A stretch of 64,000 nt of DNA, from assembly GCF_963921235.1 (NCBI RefSeq), contig NC_086109.1, forward strand, positions 12,896,001 to 12,960,000. The letters run 5' to 3'. Below, piece after piece: positions 13,076 to 26,086 of the stretch. Under the pieces are notes generated by a model. It saw only the letters and a list, made by a program, of their open reading frames with translations, ran no database searches and had not been told where the DNA came from. The position numbers were made by a program, and so were the translations under genes. Position 1 is the stretch's first letter, and each line of letters starts with the position of its first letter. Source of the stretch: Mobula hypostoma. Taxonomy: Eukaryota.

Positions 13076-13589
13076 GCTTACAAGAGGAGCTCGACAGGAT
13101 GCAGTGCTGGGTGGAGAAGTGGAAGGTGGATTTTATCACTGAAAAATGCAAAGTGATTTACTTTGTGTGATAGAACTTGAAGGCAGATTACAAGGTTAGT
13201 GACAGAATTCTTAACAATGAGGAGGTACAGCGGGATATTGTGGTCCAAGTCTGTTCAGTCCTCAAAGTTTCTGCATACATTAAAAAAGTGTTACAGAAGA
13301 TATATGTTGTGCTGGACTTCACTAGTTGAGGGGACTGAATCTGGTTCAATCACGCCTGAAGCATTGTCGAGTGTAAGGCATAGATTGAGAGGACAGCCAG
13401 CACCTGTTTCACATGGTGACAATGACAAACACCAGAGGGCATCCATTTAAGGTGAGTGGAAGAAAGTTTATGGTAAATGTAAGAGGTAGGGTTTTTTTAT
13501 ATACAGTGAGTGGTGGGTCCCTGGATACACTGCAGGCATGCTGGTAGAGACGTTTAGAGGCTCTTATATAGGCACATACAGTACACATA

Positions 13590-15181
13590 CAGTCCTATAA
13601 AAAGTATTCTCCCCCCTTGGAAGTTTTCATGTTTTATTGTTTTCCAACATAAATCACAGTGGATTTAATTTGGCTTTTGTGACACTGACAAACAGAAAAA
13701 GTACAGTATCTTTCATATCAAAGTGAAAACAGATCTCTACAATATGATCTAAATTAATTACAAATATAAAACAGAAAATAATTGATTGCACAAGAATTTA
13801 TCCCTTCAAGTTAATATTTAGTAATACACTTTTGGCAGCAATTACAGCCTTGAGTCTCTGTGGATAGGTCTCTATCTGCTTTGCACATCTGGATACTGCA
13901 ATTTTTCCCTATTCTTCTTTCCAAAACTGCTCAAGCTCTGTCAGATTGCATGGGGATCATGAGTAAACAGCCCTTTTCAAGTTCAGCTACCACTTCTCAG
14001 TTGAATTGAGGTCTGGATTCTGACTTGGCCACTCCAGGACATTAACTTTCTTGTTGTTAAGCCATTCCTGTCTAGCTTTGGCTTTATACTTTGGGTCATT
14101 GTCTTGCTGGAAAAATAAATCTTCTCCTAAGTCACAGTTCTCTTGCAGACTGCATCAGGTTTTCCTCCAGGGTTTCCCTGTGTTTTGCTGCATTCATTTT
14201 ACCCTCTACTTCAACAGCCTTCCAGTTTTTGCTGCAGTGAAGTATCCCCGCAGCATGATGCAGCCACCACCGTGCTTCACGGTAGGGATTATGTGGTTTT
14301 GATTATGTGCATTGTTTAGCTTGCATCAACATAGTGTTCAGTCTGATAACCAAAAACTCACTTTGTTTTCATCAGACCATAGTACCTTTTTGCAGCTGTC
14401 TTCAGAATCTCCAGCATGCCTACTGGCAAACTCCAGCCAAGATTTCACGTGAGCTTTCTCTTTGCCACTCTCCCATAAAACTGACTGGTGAAGTACCCGG
14501 GCAACAGTTGTTGCATGTACAATCTCTCCGATCTCTGCTGCTGAAGATTCTGACTCCTCCAGGGTTGTCATAAGTCTCTCAGTGGGACCCTCACTAGTCC
14601 CATTCTGACACGGTTGCAGAACTTAGTTTTTGAGGATGGCCTGCACTAGGCAGGTTTACAGCTGTGCCTTATCCTTTCCATTTCAAGATAATTGACCTAA
14701 CTGTACTCCAAGGGATATTCTGCGACTTGGAAATTTTATTGTATCCATCTCTGATCTTTTCATCGAGTTGCTTGGAGCATTCTTTAGTCTTTATGGTGTA
14801 GTTTTTGCTAGGAGACTGACTCACCAGCAGTTGGACCTTCCAGATACAGGTGTAATTCAAACATCTTGACTGCACACGAGTCTCCTAAAACAGATCTCTA
14901 TTTAACTAATTATGTCACTTCTAATCGATTTGGCTACACTAGTGATGATTTGATGTGTGATATTCAAGGGGGTGAATACTTATACTATCAATTATTTTGT
15001 GTTTTGTACTTGTAATTAGTTTAGATCACTTTGTAGAGATTTCTGTTCACTTTGACAGAATAGTGTCTTTTTTCTGTTGATCAGTGTCAAAAATAACCAA
15101 ATTAAATCAACTCTGATTCAATGTTGTAAGACAATAAAACAGAAAACTTCCAATGGGGATCAATACTTTTTAAAGGCACCA
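13590..15181 (-). mobile_element. Full-length Tc1-type transposon with long (about 220 bp) inverted repeats, transposase decayed
   Basis: TA-CAGTCCTATAAAAAGTATT... left end and matching right end followed by TA; IPWSTVRSIILKWK, KVLWSDE, KHGGG motifs across frameshifts. Confidence 0.85.
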
Positions 15182-18100
15182 TATGTTCTATGTTCCTACA
15201 AATAACAGAACTAGTTTTCTTCTCTCAAATTTTCAGAATTACTCTTTCTTCTCAGTTTTATATGCAGCTGATGCTTTGAGTGGAACTGACTCAATGGGCT
15301 GACTGGCCTTCTTCTGCCCCAATGCCTCATCGTCTTATGTGCTGACGTGATTAGGCAATACAGGAAGAGAGTGGAGCAGTTTGTTTATGTGAGGCATCCA
15401 CTGGTACTTCCCGTTATCCTGCCTTGTAAGACCAGTAAAGAGGACAGAAGTTCTAACCATATCCTTTGCTTTGGGTTGTGCTGGATCAGGAAAACATTCT
15501 CTTTCAAAATCAAAATCAGATTTATTTTCACTGTTTTCTGATGTTAAATTTGTTGATTTGCAGCAGAAAACAACTAAAACAAGTTCTTTAACCTCAGCCT
15601 ATAAATGAGCTCAGGTTTCACAAGTGGGACCACTGCATCTGGAATTATTCTACAGCTAATCAAAACCCAACAAATAACTCTGAGCTGAAGAGGTCAATAG
15701 CTCCAAACAGACTCTGGTGTTACTGCTTCACAACCTCACATCTCTGGTGGAAGATATTAAGCGATATTCCTCATTGTCAGTGGAGTATTTCAAAGTTCAA
15801 AATACAAATTAAATTTATCAAAGTGCATATGTGCCACCATAATAATGCAGTTCACCTTCTCTCATTTATAAGATGCTTTATTGTACACTCATGGGTCACA
15901 GTCACAGATCAGTACTGAGAAAAGTTACTCCTTCTATTTGCAGATTCATGCCCTGACGATCAATGCAAGCTGCAAAAGTTTGCAGCTCACTCATTTTATA
16001 CAGCACCCAACTTTTATTTCCCCTGCTCATTCTCCTTAAGGCCTTTATATATCTACAGCCAGTTTATTGAAGAAGATGGGGGTGAGGGGTCACTCCCTCC
16101 AACAAGCAATCAAGTCCTTATCAAATGCAGCAGAAGAAAGCAGCAATTAGATTTGGATTAAAAGGAAAGACAACAACTGGGCTGCAAGATGAAGACAGGA
16201 GGGTATGGAACTGAGGGGCGTGTATCTGGGATGCCAGGTAGCACCGTTGTGCCCTCTGGAGACATTGTGGGCTTATCAACGAAACCTCAAAGAAGGAGGG
16301 TGCCCACCTGATGACCCTGATGATGTTCCTACCCTCCTTCCTTGTCACCACTCCAAGCCCACTGCCAACATCGAGATTGCCAACTTACCATAGGGATTGA
16401 AACATCAAGTCCTTGTGGCTCTACGTATACAGTGACAGGAAATTTTTCATGTTGTGTATTTTTCTCACTTCATTTCTACAAAATGTGTTACGAAAGATCA
16501 GTGATCATGCACCTGACCAAAGCTGAAAAACTACACACTAAGACTGACTGCCAATCTGCACAGGATAAAGGGAAGTACCTCACGTAAACAAACTGTTCCA
16601 TCCTCTTCCTGCATTGCCCAATCACTTCAGACCATAAGACACATAGGAGCAGAAGAAAGCCATTCAGCCCACTGAGTCTGTACCGCCATTCTATAATGGT
16701 TCATTTATTCGTCCCCTCAACCACATTCTTTCCGTAATTTTTGACATTCTAACTAATCAAAAACCTATCAGCCTCTACTTTACATATATCCAAGGACTTG
16801 CCCTCCACAGTTGTCTGTGAAAATGAATTCCACAGAATCAGCACCTTCTGGTCAGGGAAATATCCTCTCCACATCACTCCATCCAGGTTTCAGGCCATTC
16901 ACTATTCAAGATGTTACAATGAGAACCACTGCCTCGCCCCCATTCTTCTAAACTCCAGCAAGTACAAACCATTCCTCATACATTAACCCTTTCATTACTG
17001 GGATCATTCTCAGAAACCTCCTCTGGACACTCTACATTTACAGCGCATCCTTTCTAAGATAATGGTCCCAAGATGGTTCACCATATTCCACGTGCAGTCT
17101 GATCAATAACTTATCAAGCTGCAGTTTTTATATGACTTCTCAACAACAGAAAGGAAAATGTTTCACAATCTCACCGTTGTATTTACAGGTGTGCACAGGA
17201 TTGGGATTAGATTTAAACACACTGGCTAAATGGCTTTTTGACTTTTCTTCACCAAATTGTTATTGTTATTCAGTGATCTAGTTGCTGAAACAAAAATGTT
17301 TTGCTGAAGATGTTTTGTGTCTCTGCACTTGTTCTCATCAGCATATTGACCCATGGTTGTTGAGACATTTTCTAAGAAGTGATGGGGCAATGCAGGAAGA
17401 GACCAGAACAACTTGTTGATGTTTAGCAACCATCGGTACTTCTCTATAGTCTGATTGGTAAGACAAGTAAAGAAAACAGAAGTTCTGACCACATCCTTTG
17501 CTTAGGGTGAACATTAGACTGATGACAGCAGTGACTGATACAATAGAGTCAGCACTCATACTATACATGTACAGAATTTATGCAGATATATATTCACAGC
17601 TAATATGCTGCACTGTTTCCCCTAAAACAAATGTAACAAACCCAAAATTACAAAAGCTCTCCCTGTATACTGAATTATTTTGTCATTTATCTATTTGTAT
17701 ACAATGTGTGATTAAGTGTTTATAAACATTTGCAAAGTCAGCAACAAAATATCAGGAAAATACAAATAAGCTGCATTCTTGGATCTCCTCACATGACATG
17801 AAATCAAAAGCATCACACAAAAAATGCTGGAGGAACTTAGCACACCGGGTGGAAACTATGGAAAGAAACAGATAGTTGAGGTTTCGGGCCAAGGCTTTTC
17901 ATTTACCTCTTCTCACCTGCCTGTTACCTCCCCCCGGGTCTGCTCCTCCTTCCCTTTCTCCTATGGTCCACTCTACTCTCCTGTCAGATTCCTTCTTTGA
18001 CAGCCTTTACAACCTTTCCCACCCATCTGGCTTCACCGATCACCTTCCAGATAGCCTCCTTACCCTCCCTCATCTTTTTATTCAGAGAGTTTCCCATACC

Positions 18101-18477
18101 TTTCTCAGACCTGAAGAGGAGTCTCGGCCCGAAATGTCAACTATTTATTCAATTCCACAGATTCTGCCTGACCTTCTAAATTCCCTCCAGCATTTCCCAT
18201 GTGTTGCTTTGGACTTCCTGCATCTGCTTACAATGAAATTAAGGTGAAACAATTAATATTGCTCAGTTGAAATTCAAGATGGCGCCGATAAGTGGTGACT
18301 CTGTGTCCAGCTCCAATGGTAATCATTGAATATTCCCGTTAGGACTGTTATAGCTAATTTCAAAACATACACTATGTCGGTGATAAAACCTGAATCTGTT
18401 TCTGATTCTCTATTACTTCTCCAATATGTGTGACACATGAGAATCATTACCCCTTGTACTGAAGCTCCCTCAGACTT

Positions 18478-19620
18478 CGTGCTGGTTTGTCTCGTCAGTC
18501 CCCCTTGGAGCAACTTGCTGATGGAAGGCTAGTGAAACCATTTGTGATCTCTAGGCCTGGTTGGAGGACCACTGCTTCATGGAGCCTTGTTGCCACTTGG
18601 ACTAGTCTTTGCGGTATGGATTCCGCTGTTTCCTGGGCCAGCTGAATGGCTGCAACCACTCTGAGCTAGGTAGGGATCCGGCTGTTTCTGTAGCCAGCTG
18701 AGGTTGCTGGCTGAACTGAGACCCGGAGCTACCCCGAAGCAGATATGGAACTGTCTGTCATTCTTTGGTGTTTGTCTCTTCCTGTCCTTGCCTCCATGGG
18801 GTAAGCCGGGCCGTTTGTCTGTTGCCCTGTGGGGGGATCTGTCTTGTCATCGCCTCTGTGGGGTTAGTCAGACCATTCTGCCATTGCCCTGCGGAGGGTC
18901 CTGACTTGTCTTGTCCTCGCCTCCGTGGGGATAAGTCAGGCTGTTTTGCCGATGCCCTGCGGGGGGGATCTGTCTTGTTTTGTCCTCGCCTCTGTTGGGT
19001 AAGTCCCGCCGTTCTGCCATTACCTGTCCCACCTTGGTGTGGAGATGAAGTTGAGTCCCGGCTTGTTGTAGGATACCCTGCTCTATGTCTATGTTCTGTC
19101 CTGTCTCATGTTAGTGTTGTGTTAAAGATGAGTCCTGGCTTGTTGAAGGATAAGTCCTGGCTCTATGTTGATGTTTAGTTCCCAGTCTGTCTCTCAGCTC
19201 CAGTCTCTGAGTTATCAGCCTCCGCATTTCAAGACAAAGATCCCGCAGCCAAGCTCCAAGAACCCCAGCCTCGAGGATCCCGCAGCCAAGCTCCAAGAAC
19301 TCCAGCCTCAAGGATCCCACAGCCAAGCTCCAAGAACCCCAGCCTCGATAATCCCGCGGCCAAGCTCCAAGAACCCCAGCCTCGAGGATCCCGCAGCCAA
19401 GCTCCAAGAACCCCAGCCTCGAGGATCCCGCAGCCAAGCTCCAAGAACCCAAGCCTCGAGGATCCCACAGCCAAGCTCCAAGAACTCCAGCCTCGAGGAT
19501 CCTGCAGCCAAGCTCCAAGAACGCCAGCCTCGAGGATCCCGCAGCCAAGCTCCAAGAACCCCAGCCTCGATGATCCCGCGGCCAAGCTCCAAGAACCCCA
19601 GCCTCGAGGATCCCACGGCC
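18478..19620. mobile_element. Truncated, inverted second copy of the 5479-7262 element
   Basis: Reverse complement of about 5820-7100. Confidence 0.85.
19241..19620 (-). repeat. 37-bp tandem minisatellite, about 10 units
   Basis: Unit tcccgcagccaagctccaagaaccccagcctcgagga; variant of the 38-bp unit. Confidence 0.93.
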
Positions 19621-20034
19621 ATTAACTTTTTCCCAATGACTCACCACGGCTAACATTTTAAACCAAACACAAAATAAAGCTTCTGGATGAACTTTGGGAA
19701 TTAGGTGGGATCTGTGGAGACAGAGTGGTTGACATTTCAGATTAATACACTGTGTCAGCACACCCCCAAATGTTTATTTTTACATCAGATTAGAACATTG
19801 TTGCTTTTGTCTAATACTTTAACACTTCTCAGCATTTCATACAGTCGTTGGTAATTGCTTAAATGTTCATGACTTGCTAATGTAACTAGAAGTTTTTCAG
19901 ATTGTCACATGCCACACACCTGTTGTATCACTGTGGTTTTTTTGATGAAACTCCCTGCTGCCTTCTTCCTTATTTTTATTTCAGTCATTTCTCTTTGAGG
20001 AAAGACAGGTCTTGGCTGAGTCTCTGTGAATAAA

Positions 20035-20074
20035 ATGCTGTGGATTTGGATTCTTCTGTTTGGTTTCCTATCCG
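20035..20074 (+). pseudogene. Leader exon, unit 2, with dead splice donor
   Basis: MLWIWILLFGFLS+G followed by GGGAGT where paralogs 7667 and 40473 have GTGAGT. Confidence 0.8.
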
Positions 20075-21003
20075 GGGAGTGACAGACAACTCTGGATATT
20101 CACTTAATCAGTGTTCGTTTAGGGGTTGTACACAGTTTCCACAACAGTGCTTCAATACCTGTCAACACTAAAGATGTCGGAAACTGGAGTTCAGAGTACA
20201 CTCCTGGAGAAACCCAGTGGGTCAAGCAGCTTCTGTCAGAGTGAGGGGGAATGTCAATGGTTTGGGTCAAGACCCTGCATCAAGTGTGAGTGGAGAGGGA
20301 GATAGTGTATATAGGAGAGGGGGAGGTGTGAGACTGGGTCCACTAGGTGTTCAGGGACTGAGGAGGGGTGAAGCACAACGGGCAAATGGAATGGGGAGAA
20401 AAAGAGGTGGAGTTTGGAGGTGTTGCAGCACCTTCTAACTGCACATAGAAATACTTGACAGGTACAAGATATAAAATTTCCATCAGAACCAGAGGGCACT
20501 GTTTCAGACATCATGAGGGGTTTCTTTCTGCAGCTTATAAACTTGTCTGAAAGTGAGGAGGATTTCAGGACTTTGGCCTTTTTGAGGGAACTGAAATATG
20601 TTTTCAAATCATCCTACCAATCTTGTCTCATCCAGAGAATTTCATGGAATCCAAGACACACACACACACACCAAATGAAAAAAGCTGGGTCTTTGTAGAC
20701 ATTACAAAGGCTGATATAATCAGAGGTAACTGAAAGTTGTAGATGCCACATTCCCCCAGTACTGCACTGGAAGGTCAGCCCTGGGTTTCTGCTCAGGACT
20801 GTGGAGTGGGAAGTGAACCCACAATGTACTGACACAGCTGACACAGTAACAGCACTGACTGCACTTCAGACCAAAATCATTGGCTGTGGTGTCATGGACC
20901 ACGTGCCGGATGTGACCTGGACCTGTTTTTAATGTCATATTCAAAGTCATTTGTTTGTAATAAGTTGTTCCTTTCCCTGGAAATCTGAAAGTGCTTCCCT
21001 CAG

Positions 21004-21324
21004 TTTCAAGTGAATTGTGGGCGGAGAAAAATGTAACAGGAGTTGTGGGAAGAGCGATCACAATCGATTGTCACTATGAAGCAAAGTACCACTCACACAC
21101 AAAGTATTGGTGCGATGGATGGACTCATCAATGTTCAGTTTTAGTGGAAACAAATGGGCAACACAGACGGAGTGGACGATTGTCAGTCACAGATAACCCA
21201 GAACAGAGAATATTTACTGTTACAATGAAGGATCTTCACTCTGGAGATACAGGATGGTACAGCTGTGGTATTGAATCAACAGGTCACGATCCGATGTTTA
21301 ATGTATATTTACAAGTATCTGATG
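21004..21324 (+). CDS. Ig V-set exon, CD300/pIgR-like subtype A (unit 2), open frame
   Basis: ccctcag acceptor, G|GTAGGT donor, 321 nt; B-strand Cys (TIDCHY), C-C' cysteine pair KYWCDGWTHQC, DTGWYSC motif. Confidence 0.9.
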
Positions 21325-21546
21325 GTAGGTTTCTCAGGGATTAACTTTGTGCCAAACATAAAGTAAGTGTCTCATGATCTTTGTTGTCACCCTGTCCATC
21401 CCTCACTATCTCTGCATTAATATCAGTGCCAAATGTTTCCCTCTATATGGCAGGTCACTGAACCCAGTCAAAATTTCATTCTCTCCTGAAAGCCTCCAAA
21501 CATGTGACAGATATCTCACAAGTTGCTGCCTTTCAACAATCACGGG

Positions 21547-22085
21547 TCACTTTATTAGACACCTCCTGTACATAATAAAGTGACCACTGTGTGTATGTTC
21601 GTGGTCTTCTTCTTCTGTGATCGATGTGTTGTACTTTTAGATGCTCATCCACATACCGCTGTCGTAACGTGTGGTTGTTTGAATTGCTATCACCATTCTG
21701 TCAGCTTGAACCTGTCTGGCCATTCTCCACTCACATCTCTCATTAACAAAGCACTTTTCTACACATAATTGCTGCTCACTGGATTTTTTTCATGTTATTT
21801 GTTCCGTTCTCTGTAAACTTTAGAGACAGTTGTGTGTGAAAATCCCAGGATATCAGTAGTTTCTGAGATACTCAATAAAGAACCCTCTTGCACCTACAAT
21901 TCTTTCATGGTCAAAGTCACTTAGATCACATTTCTTCCTCATTCTAATGTTTGGCCTGAACAACAACTGAACCCCTTGACTATGTCTGCATGCTTTTATG
22001 GGCAGAGTTGTGGTCACATGATTGATGAATTAGATATTTGCATTAACAGGCAAGTGAACAGGCATACCTAATGAAGTGCCAGAAG
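21547..22085. mobile_element. Tc1-derived MITE shared at the same intronic position in unit 3 (44620-45200)
   Basis: cactttattag...taataaagtg(g/a)ccactg termini; both copies lie just upstream of the C2a exon. Confidence 0.6.
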
Positions 22086-22141
22086 AGTGCATGATTTTCA
22101 GATGTTCATTCAGTGTCCGTTTGTTCATTTCTTTCCCACAG

Positions 22142-22461
22142 AACCTGTGTCTGTTCCTGTACTTCGATATCTGTCAACAGCAAATATCTCTCATCTCGGG
22201 GGCTCAGTGTCAGTTTCCTGTGAGTCTCTCCAGGGATCCCTTCCCATTCAGTGCACATGGTATGAACAAACCTCATCTGGGCATCCAAAGATTTCAGATA
22301 CTAATAAACTGGCTCTACATTGACAATCCTTCAACCAGCAGCACCATCAATATTACTGCAGTGCCTCGAATCTGGATCAGCAAGATCCAGTGCAATGGTT
22401 AATGTGACAGTCTTCAACAATGGAGAGATCTGCAGTAATGTGACAGAAATCCATGGCACCA
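22142..22461 (+). pseudogene. Ig C2-type exon subtype a (unit 2), disrupted
   Basis: ttcccacag acceptor, A|GTAAG donor; EPVSVPVLRY...CESLQGSLPIQCTWY; Cys codon is TGA at 22321-22323; 1-nt deletion near 22375 (320 nt vs 321 in paralog 45266). Confidence 0.88.
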
Positions 22462-23927
22462 GTAAGTTCTAATTTCAAGGGAGGATACATTTAAATATTT
22501 CTTTACGTTATTCTGTTACTGCTGCTCTTATACTTCTAGTGAGGGTAAGGAATTTCTTTGCATTTGTAGAAGTTACACATTGAAACCACCATGGGGTAGA
22601 AATAAAGTATAGTGAACAATTAAGTCTGTTACTTCCTCCAGGAAGATGTGGAGCATCTCAAACATAGTTGGACTTGCACCTCCGGACAAATTCAAAGCAT
22701 TCCATTCATACTTCAGGCTTCTGTTTTGAAAAGGCTGGAATGTGTGTTGAGTCATGAGACAGCGACATTGTCATAAAAAGAAAAGGAAGGACATAAAGTA
22801 TTTCAAAAATTGGTGGGAATGACAGAAATTTGCAATGTCAGGGGGCAGGGGTGAGTGTGGTTGCTATTACTAAGGAGAAGGTGCTTGGGAAGCTGAGAGG
22901 TCTGAAGGTAGATAACTAACCAGGACCAGATGGACTACACCCAAGGTTCTGAAAGATGTAGCTAAAGAAATTGTCCAGGCACTCGTGGTGATCTTTCAAG
23001 ATTAGCTGGACTCTGGAATGTTCCAGAGGACTGAAAAATTTGAAATGTCACTCCACTCTTTAAGAAAGGAAATTATAGACTAGTTAGCATGATTCCAGTG
23101 GTTGAGAAGATGATGGAGTCCATTATTAAGAACAAGGTTTGGGATACTTGGAAGCATATGATAAAATAGGGTTTCCAATGGGGAAATCTTGCCTGACAAA
23201 TCAGCCTCACTATGCAAGGACGTCCCTTTATTTTATTAATTGATCGATAGAGTGTAGATCAGGCCCTTCAGGCCGTTCAAGCCACACCAGCCCAGCAACC
23301 CTCAACAAACGTGATTAACCCATATCCCAATCAGAGGCCAATCTACAAAGACCAATTAAACTATGCTGTATGTCGTTGGACTATGGGAGGAAACGGGACC
23401 TCCCAGGGAACCTCAATGCATTCCACATGTAGAACATACAGACTCCATACATTTGAAGAGAGATGAGGAGGAATTTATTTAGCCAGAGGGTAAATGTTTA
23501 GTAAATGCATCAAAGATTATGGGAAAAAATCAGAAGAATGGGATTGAGTGGTATACTAATACACGGAGACATTAGTGGGCAGTGAAAATGATGACCCTAA
23601 TGAAATAAAAATCATTTCTTGTGAAGAGCTGTGAGCACAAGATGAGGGATGATGCTGCTATATTCTCAGTCTATGTGGAATTTAATTATACCGGTTGACA
23701 GTGTGGCAAATTCCTTAGAACACAGCAACAGCTTTAAGTAAAACAACTTTTTTTATTATTGTTGCATTCTTGATGGTTTGTGCTTTTTCTGTGCTGCATC
23801 AAATCCAGAGTAACAATAATTTTGATCTCCCTTACATTTGTGTAGTGGAAATGACATTAAACAATCTTGAATCTGCTTGATGAAATTTGGCCTTACGTAT
23901 CCATTTTCTTAAGAGCTTCTCCCTCAG

Positions 23928-24248
23928 TTTCGGGTGCTTTATGGGCAGAAGATAAAGTAAGAGGAGTTGTGGGAAGAGCGGTCACAATCGATTGTCACTA
24001 TGCACTAATGTACCGTTCACACACAAAGTATTTGTGCCGCATGTGGGGTCGTCAATGCACATTGTTAGTGAATACAAATGGGACAAATGAGCAGTATGGA
24101 AGAATGACAATCAGAGATAACACATCCCAGGGAATATTTACTGTTACTATGGAGAATCTTGTCTCTAATGATACAGGACTTTACAGATGTGGGGTTACAA
24201 CATCTGGCAATCATCCAGTGTTTGATGTGCATCTACAAGTACCTGACG
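23928..24248 (+). CDS. Ig V-set exon, subtype B (unit 2), open frame
   Basis: ccctcag acceptor, G|GTAGGT donor, 321 nt; KYLCRMWGRQC, DTGLYRC. Confidence 0.9.
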
Positions 24249-24652
24249 GTAGGTTTCTCATTGATTTATATTATGTCTCCATTGAAATGTCTCATCCATG
24301 TTTTCTCCTGGAAGTGTCTGGGCAGCAGGAATATCCTGAAGCTCCTCAGCAGTGCTGAGGCCTGTTGTGAGTGCGAAGGGATCGGGATACTCTACTCATG
24401 TTTTCTGACCCACTGACTGGACACCGATTTCTAGGGGGAGGCTCGGCACATTCTCCTGCCTCTGAACTGTATGAAATGTCACCCTCTCAGAGGTTTGCAT
24501 TCAGACATAAACTAATAATCTAACAACAACAGATCAGTGAGATAAAAATGTCGCTCGTGGTCTAAATACCTTAATAAATATTAAAAGGAAATTAGTTGTC
24601 AGAGCTCAGCAGACTCCTCAGTCCTCTGGAAGTAGGCCAGCCCAGCCCCACC

Positions 24653-24779
24653 ACACCGCAGGGAGTATTTACTGTTACTATGAAGGATCTTCGCTCTGAA
24701 GATACAACATGGTATAGCTGTGCTATCGAAACAACAGGTCACGATCCGATGTTTAATGTACGTTTACAAGTATCTGATA
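24653..24779 (+). pseudogene. 3' half of a V-A exon plus following intron, duplicated from 21210-21590
   Basis: TPQGVFTVTMKDLRSEDTTWYSCAIETTGHDPMFNVRLQVSD then A|GTAGGT; downstream 24780-25045 closely matches 21325-21590. Confidence 0.85.
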
Positions 24780-26086
24780 GTAGGTTTCCCGGGGATTAAC
24801 TTCGTTCCTTCCATAAAGTTAATGTCTCATGATCTTTGTTGTCACCCTGTCCATCCCTCACTATCTCTGCATTAATATCAGTGCCAAATGTTTCCTTCTA
24901 TATGGTAGGTCACTGAACCCAGTCAAAATTTCATTCTCTCCTGAAAGCCACTAAACATGTGACAATATCTCACAAGTTGCTGCCTTTCAACGATCGGGGG
25001 CCACTTTATTAGACACCTCCTGTACATAATAAAGTGGCCACTGATCAGTTGCTCCATGTTTTTTTTTTCTCTCTGTCTCTCTGTGTCTGTCTCTCTCTCT
25101 GTGTTTCTTCCCCCAAATCATGCCACTCTGAGCCCCCACACTCAGCACCCGCTGACCACCCACACCCAGCAGCCGACCTCACCACCCGGCCCATTCCCGT
25201 ATGGAAAATACTGCAATGGGATTACAGAAGAAGTTTGAACATGAACCTTCCAGGCCAGAAACAGGCCCTTCAGCCCGCCATGTACCACTGACTGTGTTCC
25301 CCAGAATGAAAGGGTTAACATATGAGATACATTGGATGGCTCTGTGCCTTTACTCACTAGAATTTAGAAGAATGAGAGGGGATCTCATTGAAACCTATAA
25401 AATATTGAAGACTAGATAGAGAAGACGTAGAAAGCACGTTTCCAACCATGGAGGAGTCTAGACTGCGGGAGAGAGGCAATAGATGGACATTCGTTTTGAA
25501 CGGAGCTGAGGAGGAATTTCTTGAGCCAGACAGTAGTGATTCTTGGAATTCATTGCCACGGAAGGCAATGGAAGCCAAATGATTGGGTATACTTAAAGTG
25601 TAGTATGATAGGTTCTTGATTAGTGAGGGCATCAAAGGATTCAGGGAAAAGGCAGCAGAATGGGTTTGAGAAGGAAAATATTTATCAGCATTATTGAATG
25701 TCAGAGCAGACCCAATAGACCAAATGGCCTAATTCTACTCCTTTTAGTGGGTTAGTCTAAATGCGTCTCTAATATTGCTCTTGTATCTGTTCTGTCTGTG
25801 TGCCTGAAGATGGCACCTTAAAGCAATGCTTGCCTTGAATTTTCCAAACAGCACTGGAGACAGTCTCCTTGATGCTGAGAGAGATTGTAACTCTCATTTT
25901 CACACTGACACACCCTCAGTGTCATCACTGCTGTCCTGATCTGTAATTCTGCTGCGTTTTAGGATAATGGCAAATGTGGCAGTTCAGGCATCTGGGAGGA
26001 TGCAGAGCCACGACAGATGTGGAGTTCAGATCCCCACCTATGGCATCTTTATTGACTTTCTGATGTTCAATGATTCTTTCCCTAAG

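Noticed and set aside
16205-16393. 62-aa ORF in apparently unique sequence
   Set aside because: Alternative start codon, no splice signals or homology to the cluster; insufficient support
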